Both the position numbers and the translations under genes were made by a program. Shown piece by piece: positions 55,623-64,000 of a stretch of 64,000 nt of DNA. Under the pieces are notes generated by a model. That model saw only the letters and a program-made list of their open reading frames with translations, searched no databases and was not told where the DNA came from. Where the stretch lies: assembly GCA_963770895.1 (NCBI GenBank), contig CAVYRF010000002.1:3776001-3840000 (forward strand), in the 5' to 3' direction. Positions within the stretch are counted from its first letter, which is position 1, and each line of letters begins with the position of its first letter. Origin of the DNA: an uncultured Acidobacteriota bacterium. Its GTDB lineage: Bacteria > Acidobacteriota > Thermoanaerobaculia > Multivoradales > UBA5704.

Positions 55623-56744
55623 GTGCCACTGACATTTAATCGCGTGCAGATGCGGTTTTTCGACCTGCATGTCTGCCTGCCGCCGCTCCTCGATCCGACG
55701 CTCCTGCGTCGCGAGTTCGCTCTCCTGACGGAACGCAAGGACTATGCGCAGCGGTTCGTCGAGGTGACGGCATTGGAGCTTCCTCGCCTCGTCGTGCACT
55801 CGCTCGGCCGCGCGCTACGGCGCAACCGCTTCTGGAATCGCTACGGCGCGATCCTGGTGCCGGGCCTGCCAGCGGTCAGCAGAGCGGTCTGGGATCTCCA
55901 GGTGCCGCTTCGCCTCCAGGCGCGCGGCCTCGACGTCAAGTACGCGCCCGATCCGCGCGCCCAGGTGGCCGCCTCGGCATACCTGTTCCCTGCCGGCTGG
56001 TCGACGCAACTCGTGATTACCCTTGGCCAGCCGCAAACGCTCACCCAAGTCTCCGACATCGTCGCGAGCATCCTCCACGACACGCCGTTTCAGCTCGGCG
56101 CGATACCGCGGCGTCTCTCGCAAGTGTTTGCCGAGTGCGCCGGCCGCTGGCGCGAGGCGATCCATGGCTGCGACGTGCAGACCACCCTCCTGCGCGCGCG
56201 TCATCGGGTGATCGAGCTGCTGAGCCACGAAGAGGTCCCGGCATTCGGCGCGTCGACGTCGGGTACGTTCGCCATGTCCGATGCCGATCGCGCCCGCGTC
56301 CACAGCGCACTACTCGGTAGCACCATTTCGCTTCCCGATCTGATCGCCCGTGAGAAGGCGCCGAATTTCCTCTGCACCCGGTTCTCCCACGGCGACTTCG
56401 CCCTGACCTATTTCGATCAAGGGACGCTCCTGTCGCTCTCCAACACCGTGCGCAAAGGAAAGACCCAAAAGGTCGCTGACTGCGTCGCCAGCAATGTTGC
56501 CGCCTGCACGTCGATGGCCTATTTTCTCGCGGGATTCCTCAACGGAGCGCAGGACTTAGCCGCCGCCGAACCGCGCATCGCGGCCCTCTGCCACGGCGCC
56601 CGGAGCGCCCTGCGACAGCTGCCGCAAACCTACGACAATGAATTCTGCCGGGACCTCTTCGCGAGCCACGGCACTCTGGCGAAGCTCAGCAGCGACCCGC
56701 TCCCGGCTGCAACCGCGCCGAAGGAGGCCGCCGGCGGTGCCTGA
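55623..56744 (+). CDS. Hypothetical protein (island cargo)
   Basis: 373-aa ORF with normal composition and its own promoter; overlaps the next gene. Confidence 0.7.
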   Translation: MPLTFNRVQMRFFDLHVCLPPLLDPTLLRREFALLTERKDYAQRFVEVTALELPRLVVHSLGRALRRNRFWNRYGAILVPGLPAVSRAVWDLQVPLRLQARGLDVKYAPDPRAQVAASAYLFPAGWSTQLVITLGQPQTLTQVSDIVASILHDTPFQLGAIPRRLSQVFAECAGRWREAIHGCDVQTTLLRARHRVIELLSHEEVPAFGASTSGTFAMSDADRARVHSALLGSTISLPDLIAREKAPNFLCTRFSHGDFALTYFDQGTLLSLSNTVRKGKTQKVADCVASNVAACTSMAYFLAGFLNGAQDLAAAEPRIAALCHGARSALRQLPQTYDNEFCRDLFASHGTLAKLSSDPLPAATAPKEAAGGA

Positions 56745-57966
56745 TGCCGCGCCGCGCAGACTTCGGCGCTGGACGTTCGCCCTCCTGTTGGGTCTGCTCG
56801 CCGCAACCGGTGGCAGCGCCGACGAACCGGCCCTGCCCAAAGCGAACTTCACCCTGGTCCTGGAGCAGACGGCGCTGCGCGTTCGCACCAGCGTGCCGAT
56901 CCATCTCCTGGTCGAAAATCCATCCGGGGTACTCTTGCAGAGCCCCACCCTCACAGTACGCGGCCCGCGCGGCTTCACGCTGCGCGAACCCCCGCCCGGT
57001 ACGAGCTGCACATTCCAATCGGCGGCTGGCGGCGACGACGACCACCAGGTGACGATCGGTGCGCAGCTGCCCGCCCACTCGTTGCTGCAACGCGAACTAT
57101 GCCTGCAGGTGGGCAACGTCGCGGAGGCGGATCTGAACCTGCTGTTCGTCCTGAGCTTCAGGTTGCCGGTGGCCGGCGGCTGGGCGGCCTCGGCGAGCAC
57201 CTCCACTCAGCCGGTACAGGTGGGGCTGCTCGGTACCGAAACGATCGGCGGCACCTCTCTGCGTCTCGTGACGTTCTTCCTACCGGGAGTGATCCTTCTC
57301 TTCATGCTCCGGCTCTTCCGCGTGCCGGTCGTTGGCGATCTCAACAGCACCGAGCAGGGGTTCGCGGCGATCGGGGTGTCGGCGGTCCTGGCCGCCCTTG
57401 CCGAGGCAATCGGACCCGGTTTGCGAGGCGAACACTCCAGCTCCCTGTCCCTCGTGATCCTCTGCGGCCTAGGTATGGGGCTCGGGGTCGCGCTCGGCAT
57501 TTTCTGGCGCCTATACGTCTGGCTTGAGCGGCTGCGGATCGAGGGGTTGGTGGTACAAAAGGACGATACCGACGAAACGATCCGGCGCAAGCTGTTCGCC
57601 GCGGCAAAGGAGCACAACGTGCTGATACGGCTCAAGGACGGCATAGAGCTGATCGGCTCGTGCAGCGTCGAGGCCTGGAACGGCTACGTCCTGGGCTCTT
57701 GGTACGAGGTCGCGGCCCCGGCCGACCAACACCTGCTGCAGATCTTGAAAGAGAATAGCAAGGCCGGAAACTGGCAGTGCATGCTGCGCAGCGCCGAGCA
57801 GGCCCACCTCGATGTCACCATCCGCAACTTTGTCCTAAAGCGGGCGCCAGGCCAAGGGCAGCTCGTTCCTCTGTCTGCCACAGTAGTCCATCTCAGAACC
57901 GAGGAGTTGGACGAAGTCAAACCGACCAGGGAGGGCTCCCCGGACGGCCCTCTGTCGCTCGCCTGA
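56737..57966 (+). CDS. Hypothetical membrane protein (signal peptide, Ig-like domain, 3 TM, C-terminal soluble domain)
   Basis: AAGGAGG before GTG 56737; WTFALLLGLLAA signal; three hydrophobic helices. Confidence 0.7.
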   Translation: MPDAAPRRLRRWTFALLLGLLAATGGSADEPALPKANFTLVLEQTALRVRTSVPIHLLVENPSGVLLQSPTLTVRGPRGFTLREPPPGTSCTFQSAAGGDDDHQVTIGAQLPAHSLLQRELCLQVGNVAEADLNLLFVLSFRLPVAGGWAASASTSTQPVQVGLLGTETIGGTSLRLVTFFLPGVILLFMLRLFRVPVVGDLNSTEQGFAAIGVSAVLAALAEAIGPGLRGEHSSSLSLVILCGLGMGLGVALGIFWRLYVWLERLRIEGLVVQKDDTDETIRRKLFAAAKEHNVLIRLKDGIELIGSCSVEAWNGYVLGSWYEVAAPADQHLLQILKENSKAGNWQCMLRSAEQAHLDVTIRNFVLKRAPGQGQLVPLSATVVHLRTEELDEVKPTREGSPDGPLSLA

Positions 57967-58012
57967 AGCCGTCCGTCGCGACCGCCGGCGGAATAGATCC
58001 CCTAAAAGCCCA

Positions 58013-58034
58013 GTGCCGGCCCGAAAGCCGGCAC
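58013..58034. terminator. Hairpin downstream of the two-gene operon
   Basis: GTGCCGGC-CCGAAA-GCCGGCAC; no U tract. Confidence 0.4.
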
Positions 58035-58331
58035 GGTAAATCAGCGAACATGACGTTCGCCTTGGGTGCGTACACCCTCGCTTCGATGCAAGAGTAGCAC
58101 GCAACGGCGAATCGCGTCAGCGCCGCGGGACTTGTTTGTGTCTGGTCCTCGCGCCGTCAGGAACTTCACGACACCCCCTCCTGTGGCCGCACGGCGAGGT
58201 CCAAGGGGAGTACTCCACAGACGTGCTCCGAGCATGTGGCTGCCATGCCGCCGGCAGCGACGTCCAGCCAGGGTCTCGGCGGTGGCGGCGCTGGTGGGGA
58301 AGATTTCTACGGTGTCGGGAGCTGTGTCATT

Positions 58332-58610
58332 CTAAGGCTTTGAGAAGACAAAAAGGTTTCCATTTCCCGTTGGGTAGACCAATACCAGGCGCCAGCCCTG
58401 CTGCCCATAGCCTGTCAGGCCGGTCTGCAGCTGCTTCTGTGTAATGTAAGGGGAGGCTGTGGCGACTGTGTACTGAATGGCGGCGGGCGAAGTGGCCTCA
58501 TGGACCTCAGCCTGGCGCGAGAAAGAGGTGCCGAGGTTTGCCGCCAGGAGCACGATCACGATAATGGCGATTCCGAACCAGCGATGTCAACGACCTCTGC
58601 TACTCACCAT
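58332..58610 (-). pseudogene. Small exported DUF4177-like protein with an in-frame TGA at codon 8
   Basis: MVSSRGR*HRWFGIAIIVIVLLAANL..LTGYGQQGWRLV..FVFSKP. Confidence 0.5.
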
Positions 58611-58828
58611 TCACGTCCACTGCGGTCAACGTTGCGATCTGATCGGATGATCCGACCGCGGGGTGGATGAGCGGCTCGCTCGCCGCGCCGCGTGCGCTCA
58701 AACCTCGGTCATCAGCGCCTTCGGGCCATTCCATGCGCCGGTTCCAGATACCCAGCACACGATGGACCACCCCGGCGCATTGGGGTTCCGGTCTGGTGGA
58801 CTGTGAAGACACCGGTTTGGCCTAAGGT

Positions 58829-59118
58829 CTAGTGAAACACTAGCACCAATGATGGCTTGAAGCAAGTGTCTAGGGAAGTGACAAAGCCCGGCGACGCAGG
58901 AGCGCTTCGACGCGCTGCGAGCGCGAGGTGCCGCACCACAACAGTTTGCGGCGCAGCGATGGTCGGAAGGGGCCGGAAGAGCAGGGCATCCGCAAGGCTG
59001 AAGACGGCAGTCGTACCGCCGATGCCCAGAGCAAGCGACACGATAGCGATCGCACTCGCGATCGGAGTCTTGCGGAGCCGGCGGACGGCGAACTTGAGCT
59101 CGTCTCGAAGGCGGTCAT
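58829..59118 (-). pseudogene. Fragment of an ADOP/ABC permease N-terminus
   Basis: ELKFAVRRLRKTP..VSLALGIGGTTAVFSLADALLFRPLP, then decays. Confidence 0.7.
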
Positions 59119-59339
59119 TTCGCGGCTGGTAGCGATGTGCGGGGGCGTCAATAGCTGCCCAGGGACCCGTGGTCTTTTACGAAACCGATGGCTCTTTGGA
59201 AAAGGAAGACGCCGAGAGCGAAGTAGAAGAGTCCATTGCAGGCTGCGAGGAGGACTTGAGGGAGGTTGAGAGGCCCGCCGCGGGCGACCTGATCGCGGAG
59301 GATGCCGGCACTGGCGCTCAGCGGAAGCAGAAGGTTGGG

Positions 59340-59760
59340 CTACCGACCGGTGCGGAAGGTCTCGAAAGGGGGGAAGGCCGGTAGGACGAGGCCGAACTGG
59401 GCCAGGTTGAGGAGGGTGCCGGGTCGTTTGAAGATCAGGACGAGGGAGCCTAATGCGAATCCGATTCCGTAGGCGCCGGCGAGGGCGGCGAGAAGGGGAG
59501 CCGTCGCAGACCAGGGGAAGTGCAGGCGGACGCCGGTCGCGAGGAGGATAACTCCGAGGACGACGGCGTTCATCGCTAGGGTCATGGCTTGATTGGCGAG
59601 AGCGCGTACGAGGAACAGCGAGCGCACAGTGTGGGGGGAGATGAAGAGCTGCTCCAAGATGCCGGTCTGGGATTCAGCCTGGAGGCCAAGGGCGATTTCG
59701 CCGGTGGAAAAGACGACGATGTTCCAGAGCACGTAGCCGACGATGAGCGAGCCGAGACGG
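59340..59760 (-). pseudogene. ABC-2 type permease fragment
   Basis: ESQTGILEQLFISP motif and hydrophobic helices; no proper start. Confidence 0.6.
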
Positions 59761-59769
59761 CTGCGCGGT

Positions 59770-60356
59770 TCTTGTGCGCTCCGGCCTACGGCGGCCGCTG
59801 CCGCGGCGGGAGGCGGCCTCGGACTCCAGGTCCAGCGCCGTGGTCATGCCCTCCAGGTAGAGGTACACCTCCGTTGCCGAGAGAGGAATCGTGAGCCGTC
59901 CGGTGCCGGCGCGCACGGTGTAGGCGCGGCCAGCGACGAAGTCGACTGGCTCCGGCTCTGCCGCGATTGCCAGTGCGTCGGCCGCAGCCAGTTCGAGACG
60001 GGCGTTGAGGGTTTCGAGCCTGGGCAGGCAGCCTGCAAGCTCGTCGATCTCAGCCGCGGAGAGCGGCGCCGCCGGCAGCGGGGCTGGCACGCGATGCCAC
60101 CGCGCTTGGTTCTCCCTGAGGTCCAGCCCCCGGTCCGCGCCTTCGAGGTAGGTGCGCGCATCGGACCAACAGAGCGGCAAGGTCAGGGGCCGGTGTGTCG
60201 GCAGATCTGGTAAGGCCGGCCGAAGACTCCGGGGATGGGCGGACACGGCTCGATGGCGAACCGGTTGTTGCCCTGCAGGCCGAGCCGCCGGTTGAGAGTG
60301 CGCGCTGCACGCGCTGGGTGAGATTCGTCGGTGGGAAGGGTTGTGATGGGAGGCAT
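59770..60356 (-). pseudogene. Frameshifted hypothetical protein built of two ~63-aa repeats
   Basis: TLNRRL..GRPYQI..TGPLTLPL..TYLEG..LDL vs TLNARL..GRAYTV..TGRLTIPL..LYLEG..LDL; frame changes near 60190. Confidence 0.55.
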
Positions 60357-60658
60357 GCGCCGGGGCGTTATGACTTGCGTTAATGGTATCAAAAAGCAAT
60401 GAGCGCCCCAACCTTTGGGGCTCGAAGAGGGGACGGGTGGTGCTCCAGGGTGGGGTCGGCCATGCCCCTTGCGCGGTTTGCCGCCTACCGTCTGGGTTCG
60501 TACAGCAAGGGTGGAGGTTCAGGGCAGGCGGGGAGATGCGGTCCAATCGCGGCGGAGCGCCGTAGCTGCATTGTTCGTCTTCCCATCGCGTCCGGCAGCC
60601 TGGGCGCCAGATTTCGGCGTTTGCCTCTGCTATCCTCGGCGCCATAAGGGTTCTCCGT

Positions 60659-61210
60659 ATGCGAAAGAGCGGCCGACACCGACGGACGTTGCCGCCAAAG
60701 AAGGGCGCGGCCCCGTTGCTTGCCTTAGCCCTGGCGATGCTGTCCTGCGGCGGCGCGGTCCACGCCCAAGACGTGGACGAACCGAAGGCGATCATCGAGC
60801 TCGGGGCGGCCGGCGAATGGACCGCTCCAGATGGCCGATCGAGCTACGGCCCCTCACTCGCCGTCGAGACCACCCCGATCGAGCATTGGCTGGAGATCGA
60901 AGGTGGCATTTCGCCCTTGTTCAGCCGAGGCCAGACCGAGTGGGACGTCGACCTACTCTTCAAGAAGCCCTTCACGATCTCCGATACCGCAGAATTCATG
61001 GCCGGTATCGGCCCCACCTGGAGCCACATCGTCCTGCACGGCCGAAGAGATCACGCCTGGGGCGCCGAAGCGGCGTTGGACTTTATGTTCTGGCCCTGGA
61101 AAGGGCGCAGGCTCGGCTGGTATGTCGAGCCCAGCTGGGGGTATAGCTTCAACGCCGGTCATGAGCGGGCGCTCAGCGCCAGCGCCGGAGTCCTCGTCCC
61201 CATCCCCTGA
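60659..61210 (+). CDS. Secreted outer-membrane beta-barrel-like hypothetical protein
   Basis: Signal peptide ending AVHA-Q; alternating aromatic/Gly amphipathic strands. Confidence 0.6.
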   Translation: MRKSGRHRRTLPPKKGAAPLLALALAMLSCGGAVHAQDVDEPKAIIELGAAGEWTAPDGRSSYGPSLAVETTPIEHWLEIEGGISPLFSRGQTEWDVDLLFKKPFTISDTAEFMAGIGPTWSHIVLHGRRDHAWGAEAALDFMFWPWKGRRLGWYVEPSWGYSFNAGHERALSASAGVLVPIP

Positions 61211-61477
61211 CCGTACGTTCATCCCGGCGCTCCGGCATCCGCTCGGGACGAGATCCATCCCTGTTGCGCAAGGATCGGGACAAGGGGTTGCCGACGGCAT
61301 GCGCGAGTGGGCCATAGGCTTTGGCCTGACAGGACCGGCCTGTCCTGGCGCAAGGGAGCGGCCTGGCGTCCGCGGCGTGCCGCGACGCTGCCGCTCAGCC
61401 GAGCGATGGCGCGGAGGCGCGGCTTGGGTGGCGGGCAATCGGTGTGGTGGACACTTGCCTGGTAGGGCGGACGCAGC

Positions 61478-62989
61478 TCACGTGGCGATGGATAGGGCGG
61501 GCTGAGCCCGGTGCTGCAGGAGGTCGAGGGCGCGACGGGCCTGGTCAAGAGTCGCGGCGTCGCGCTTGGCAGCATCGCAGAAGAGGCGGAGGGCTGCGAG
61601 CGCCTCGCGGTCCACGCGGCGCGAGGTCAAGATCCAGACCATGCTTGCAGCCAAGTGGCGCACCTCGGCGGTGCGGCCCTGGTCGAGATAGATCAGCGCG
61701 AGCTCCAAGGAGACGATGGCGGCACCGAACGCCTGGCCTTCGTCTTCAGACTGCTTCTTGACCTCCTCGAAGGCGGCACACGCTTCCGCCTGGCGGCCGC
61801 GGCCTGCCGCCACGCGGCCGGTCAGCCAGACGACCTGCATTTGGTCGTGGGCGTTGCCAAGCTCAAGCGCCTGCTGGCGGAGGCGCGGAAGCTGCGCCTC
61901 CACCTCGGCGTAGTGGCCCAGATGGCACCGGCTGACACCGAGATTGAACTCCAGCACCCAGGTCAGGCGAGGGTCATCGTCGGCCGCGATGTGCGGAGCG
62001 GCGTCGTGGAGAGCCGCGATGGCGGCGGTTGCATCGCCTGATAGTTCCAGGGTGTAGGCACGATTAAGGAGGATTCGGGCCGTGGCGCCTGGCGGCGCGA
62101 TCGCGGCGGCGCGATCGAGCAGGTCGAACGCCGGCTGGAACTGGCGGGTGTCGCGGCGAAGCGAGGCTTCGAGATCGAGCAGACGCCATTCCTCAAGGCC
62201 GATGTCACCTACGTCGGCACCCGACCGCCACAGGTTCCAGGCGGCCGTGAACTCTGCCGCAGCCGCGACCAAGTCGCCGGCCACACGCCGGGCATTGCCG
62301 AGGAACGCGCGCGCGTAGCCTTGGAGCCGCAAGCGCCAGCGTTCGCCGCCAGGGACAAGCTGGGCTACCTCAACGGCGAGCTGGGCCAGGTCGAGGGCTG
62401 CGACGGCCCCCTTCGGCGCCTCGCGCGCGCTTTCCTCGCATAGCCTTTCCGCGAAGGCCCAGGTCTGGAGCTCAGGACCCTGCTCGACCAGCCACCGCCG
62501 TTCTGCGGCGGTGCAGGTTGCGATTCGGTCCCAGGCGCGGGCCGCGTCCTCACGATCGGCAGGTGACGGCGGCCCAGGCTCCAGCGTCGCGGCCTCGGCG
62601 GCATCCGCAGCCGCATCGACCCCGGCCAAGACCAAGTCCATCGCCTCACGGATGGCGGTCTCAAGAGCGGCATGGTCCAGCGGTGCGAGATCCTGGGTCG
62701 CCCTGGGTCCGCGATCGTCCCGCGGTCGACCCGCCGCGGTCGACGCCGCCCGTTCACGTGCGGTGCGCAGGACGGGGAGTAAGCGGTGTTCGACCCAGGA
62801 GAGCTCCAGGCCCACGGCGGCGACGATCCGCGCCAGGACGTCCGGAGAGATCGGGTCGCCCGATTCGAAGCGGGAGATCGAGGGCTGGGCGAGCCGGGCT
62901 GCGTCGGCGAGGGTGCGCTGATCCCAGCCGCGGAGGGCGCGCAGCAGAGGGAGGAGTATCCGGGCATCCGCATCTTTATAGGGGGGCAT
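61478..62989 (-). CDS. XRE-family HTH + TPR-like helical repeat regulator
   Basis: GGAGGAG RBS; LRALRGWDQRTLADAARLAQPSISRFESG HTH; TPR-like AFLGNARRVAGDL, ILLNRA, FNLGV. Confidence 0.85.
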   Translation of the reverse strand: MPPYKDADARILLPLLRALRGWDQRTLADAARLAQPSISRFESGDPISPDVLARIVAAVGLELSWVEHRLLPVLRTARERAASTAAGRPRDDRGPRATQDLAPLDHAALETAIREAMDLVLAGVDAAADAAEAATLEPGPPSPADREDAARAWDRIATCTAAERRWLVEQGPELQTWAFAERLCEESAREAPKGAVAALDLAQLAVEVAQLVPGGERWRLRLQGYARAFLGNARRVAGDLVAAAAEFTAAWNLWRSGADVGDIGLEEWRLLDLEASLRRDTRQFQPAFDLLDRAAAIAPPGATARILLNRAYTLELSGDATAAIAALHDAAPHIAADDDPRLTWVLEFNLGVSRCHLGHYAEVEAQLPRLRQQALELGNAHDQMQVVWLTGRVAAGRGRQAEACAAFEEVKKQSEDEGQAFGAAIVSLELALIYLDQGRTAEVRHLAASMVWILTSRRVDREALAALRLFCDAAKRDAATLDQARRALDLLQHRAQPALSIAT

Positions 62990-63136
62990 GGCGTCAACTC
63001 CTCCGAGGCATGTATGCCATATACGGAAAAAGTGTATTTTTAACCTCTGTTGTCGTCCCGGCGGATGGTCCATGGAGGCGGCCGGGTTCGGGCCAATGTC
63101 GACCGCGAACGGCGGCGCCTCATGAAAGGACTTCTC

Positions 63137-63592
63137 ATGCGTCACCCGATCTCCCGTCGCATCGTCGCCGCTGCCATCCTTGCCCTGGCCGCCTGGGCCA
63201 GCGCACCTCGGTCGCTTAGGGCCGTCCCGGCGTCCGGCTTTGGCATCGTGGCAAGCCAGGATGCCGACTTGTTCGCGCCGGTGCGTCGCTGGATGAGCGC
63301 GATCTGGCCCTGGCACAGCTCCGGCGCTAGCCGAAGCACGGTCCGGAACCCTACCGTTGCGAGGCCGCAGAACGGATGTGGAATCGACCCGAATGGTGGC
63401 CAGCAGTGCACCAACGTCGTCAAGCCGCAGAACGGCTGTGGAATCGATCCGAGCGGCCAGCAGTGCAACAATGTTCTCAAACCGCAGAACGGTTGTGGGG
63501 CGGATCCGAACGGCCAGCCGTGCAGCAATGTCGTCAAGCCGCAGAACGGCTGCGGAATTGACCCTGATGGGCAGCACTGCTCGCATAGCTGA
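63137..63592 (+). CDS. Secreted propeptide with four Cys-containing tandem repeats
   Basis: AAGGA RBS; signal peptide; (R/K)PQNGCG(I/A)DP(N/S/D)G..C four times, with third-position codon variation between copies. Confidence 0.85.
   Translation: MRHPISRRIVAAAILALAAWASAPRSLRAVPASGFGIVASQDADLFAPVRRWMSAIWPWHSSGASRSTVRNPTVARPQNGCGIDPNGGQQCTNVVKPQNGCGIDPSGQQCNNVLKPQNGCGADPNGQPCSNVVKPQNGCGIDPDGQHCSHS
63364..63580 (+). repeat. Coding tandem repeat, 57-60 bp unit, four copies
   Basis: CCGCAGAACGG recurs at intervals of 60, 57 and 57 bp. Confidence 0.9.
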
Positions 63593-63735
63593 GTGCTGAT
63601 GCCCGAGCCGTCGGATCGGTGCTAAGTGGCGTCTTGCCCCTGTGGCCTGATTGGTGGCGAAGACGTGCCGCAGGTGTCGGCTAGTGTCGTGCCGGCCGGA
63701 GCCCGGTCGAGGGCGCCGCCTTTGCCGGCGTGCGC

Positions 63736-64000
63736 TCACGGCGTGATGAAGCCGAGATGGTGCGAGCGACTGAGCAGGCGCAGGGCCGCGCGCGCCTGTT
63801 CTATTGTGGCCATTTGGCGGACGGCCGCCGCGCAAAAGAGCCGCAGACTGGCGAGGGCTTCGCGCTCGATCCGCTGGGCGACAAGGACCGGGCGCATTTC
63901 CAGCGCCAAGCGGCGCACCTCGGCGAGCCGGCCGTCCTCCAGGTAGATAATCGCTAGTTCGAGAGAGACGAGGGCGCTGGCAAGGTGGTTGCCGCGGGCC
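63736..64000 (-). CDS. C-terminus of a second, paralogous TPR-like regulator (5' part outside window)
   Basis: VSLELAIIYLEDGRLAEVRRLA..REALASLRLFC..ATIEQAR matches the C-terminus of 61478-62989. Confidence 0.8.
   Translation of the reverse strand, partial: ARGNHLASALVSLELAIIYLEDGRLAEVRRLALEMRPVLVAQRIEREALASLRLFCAAAVRQMATIEQARAALRLLSRSHHLGFITP

Larger units (their letters stand above)
50224..64000. mobile_element. Degenerate genomic island integrated at tRNA-Lys (right end not seen)
   Basis: Integrase immediately after the tRNA; many pseudogene fragments; visibly less extreme GC; no attR copy found in the window. Confidence 0.65.

Noticed and set aside
58587-58589. In-frame TGA as selenocysteine
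   Set aside because: It lies in a signal-peptide region with no redox motif or evident SECIS; a nonsense mutation is more likely
63364-63580. Regularly spaced repeats as a possible CRISPR array
   Set aside because: Units are multiples of 3, vary mainly at codon third positions, have no unique spacers, and no cas genes are present; it is a coding repeat
63137-63592. Cys-rich repeat peptide as substrate of the kinase-LanC system at 12-16 kb
   Set aside because: It is 47 kb away in an island, has a Sec-type signal, and Ser/Thr are not conserved within the repeats; no supporting evidence, although not strictly excluded
61478-63835. 785-aa ORF as a single protein
   Set aside because: The upstream part is the antisense of the propeptide gene; the RBS and HTH place the real start at 62989

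Overview
Very GC-rich bacterial DNA, probably from Acidobacteriota and possibly Thermoanaerobaculia. This is inferred from the PadR + ADOP duplicated-permease pair, the kinase-TPR gene and the HTH-TPR genes. Bases 1-50.1 kb are mostly core chromosome: recO-glyQ-glyS-ppdK, an MNT/HEPN toxin-antitoxin pair, mutL-rimO-ribF-trxA, split hydantoinase/oxoprolinase, ccsA-hemA-(dps)-hemC-hemD, purA and speD. From tRNA-Lys(TTT) at 50.15 kb onward is a decaying genomic island. Its tyrosine integrase is split inside the HDLRH motif by a three-recombinase RIT element, and it carries orphan genes and gene remnants. Main candidates for undescribed biology: (1) a divergent XRE-HTH/TPR regulator plus a secreted propeptide with four PQNGCGxDPxG-C repeats, followed by a paralogous regulator (RRNPP-like peptide signalling); (2) a precursor-less two-gene lanthipeptide-type system, with an RRE-like/HopA1-type lyase coupled to an RRE-like/kinase/LanC(CCG) fusion; (3) PPDK with a ~383-aa acid-free, histone-H1-like basic tail. 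All family calls come from motifs read by eye; no database search was run.
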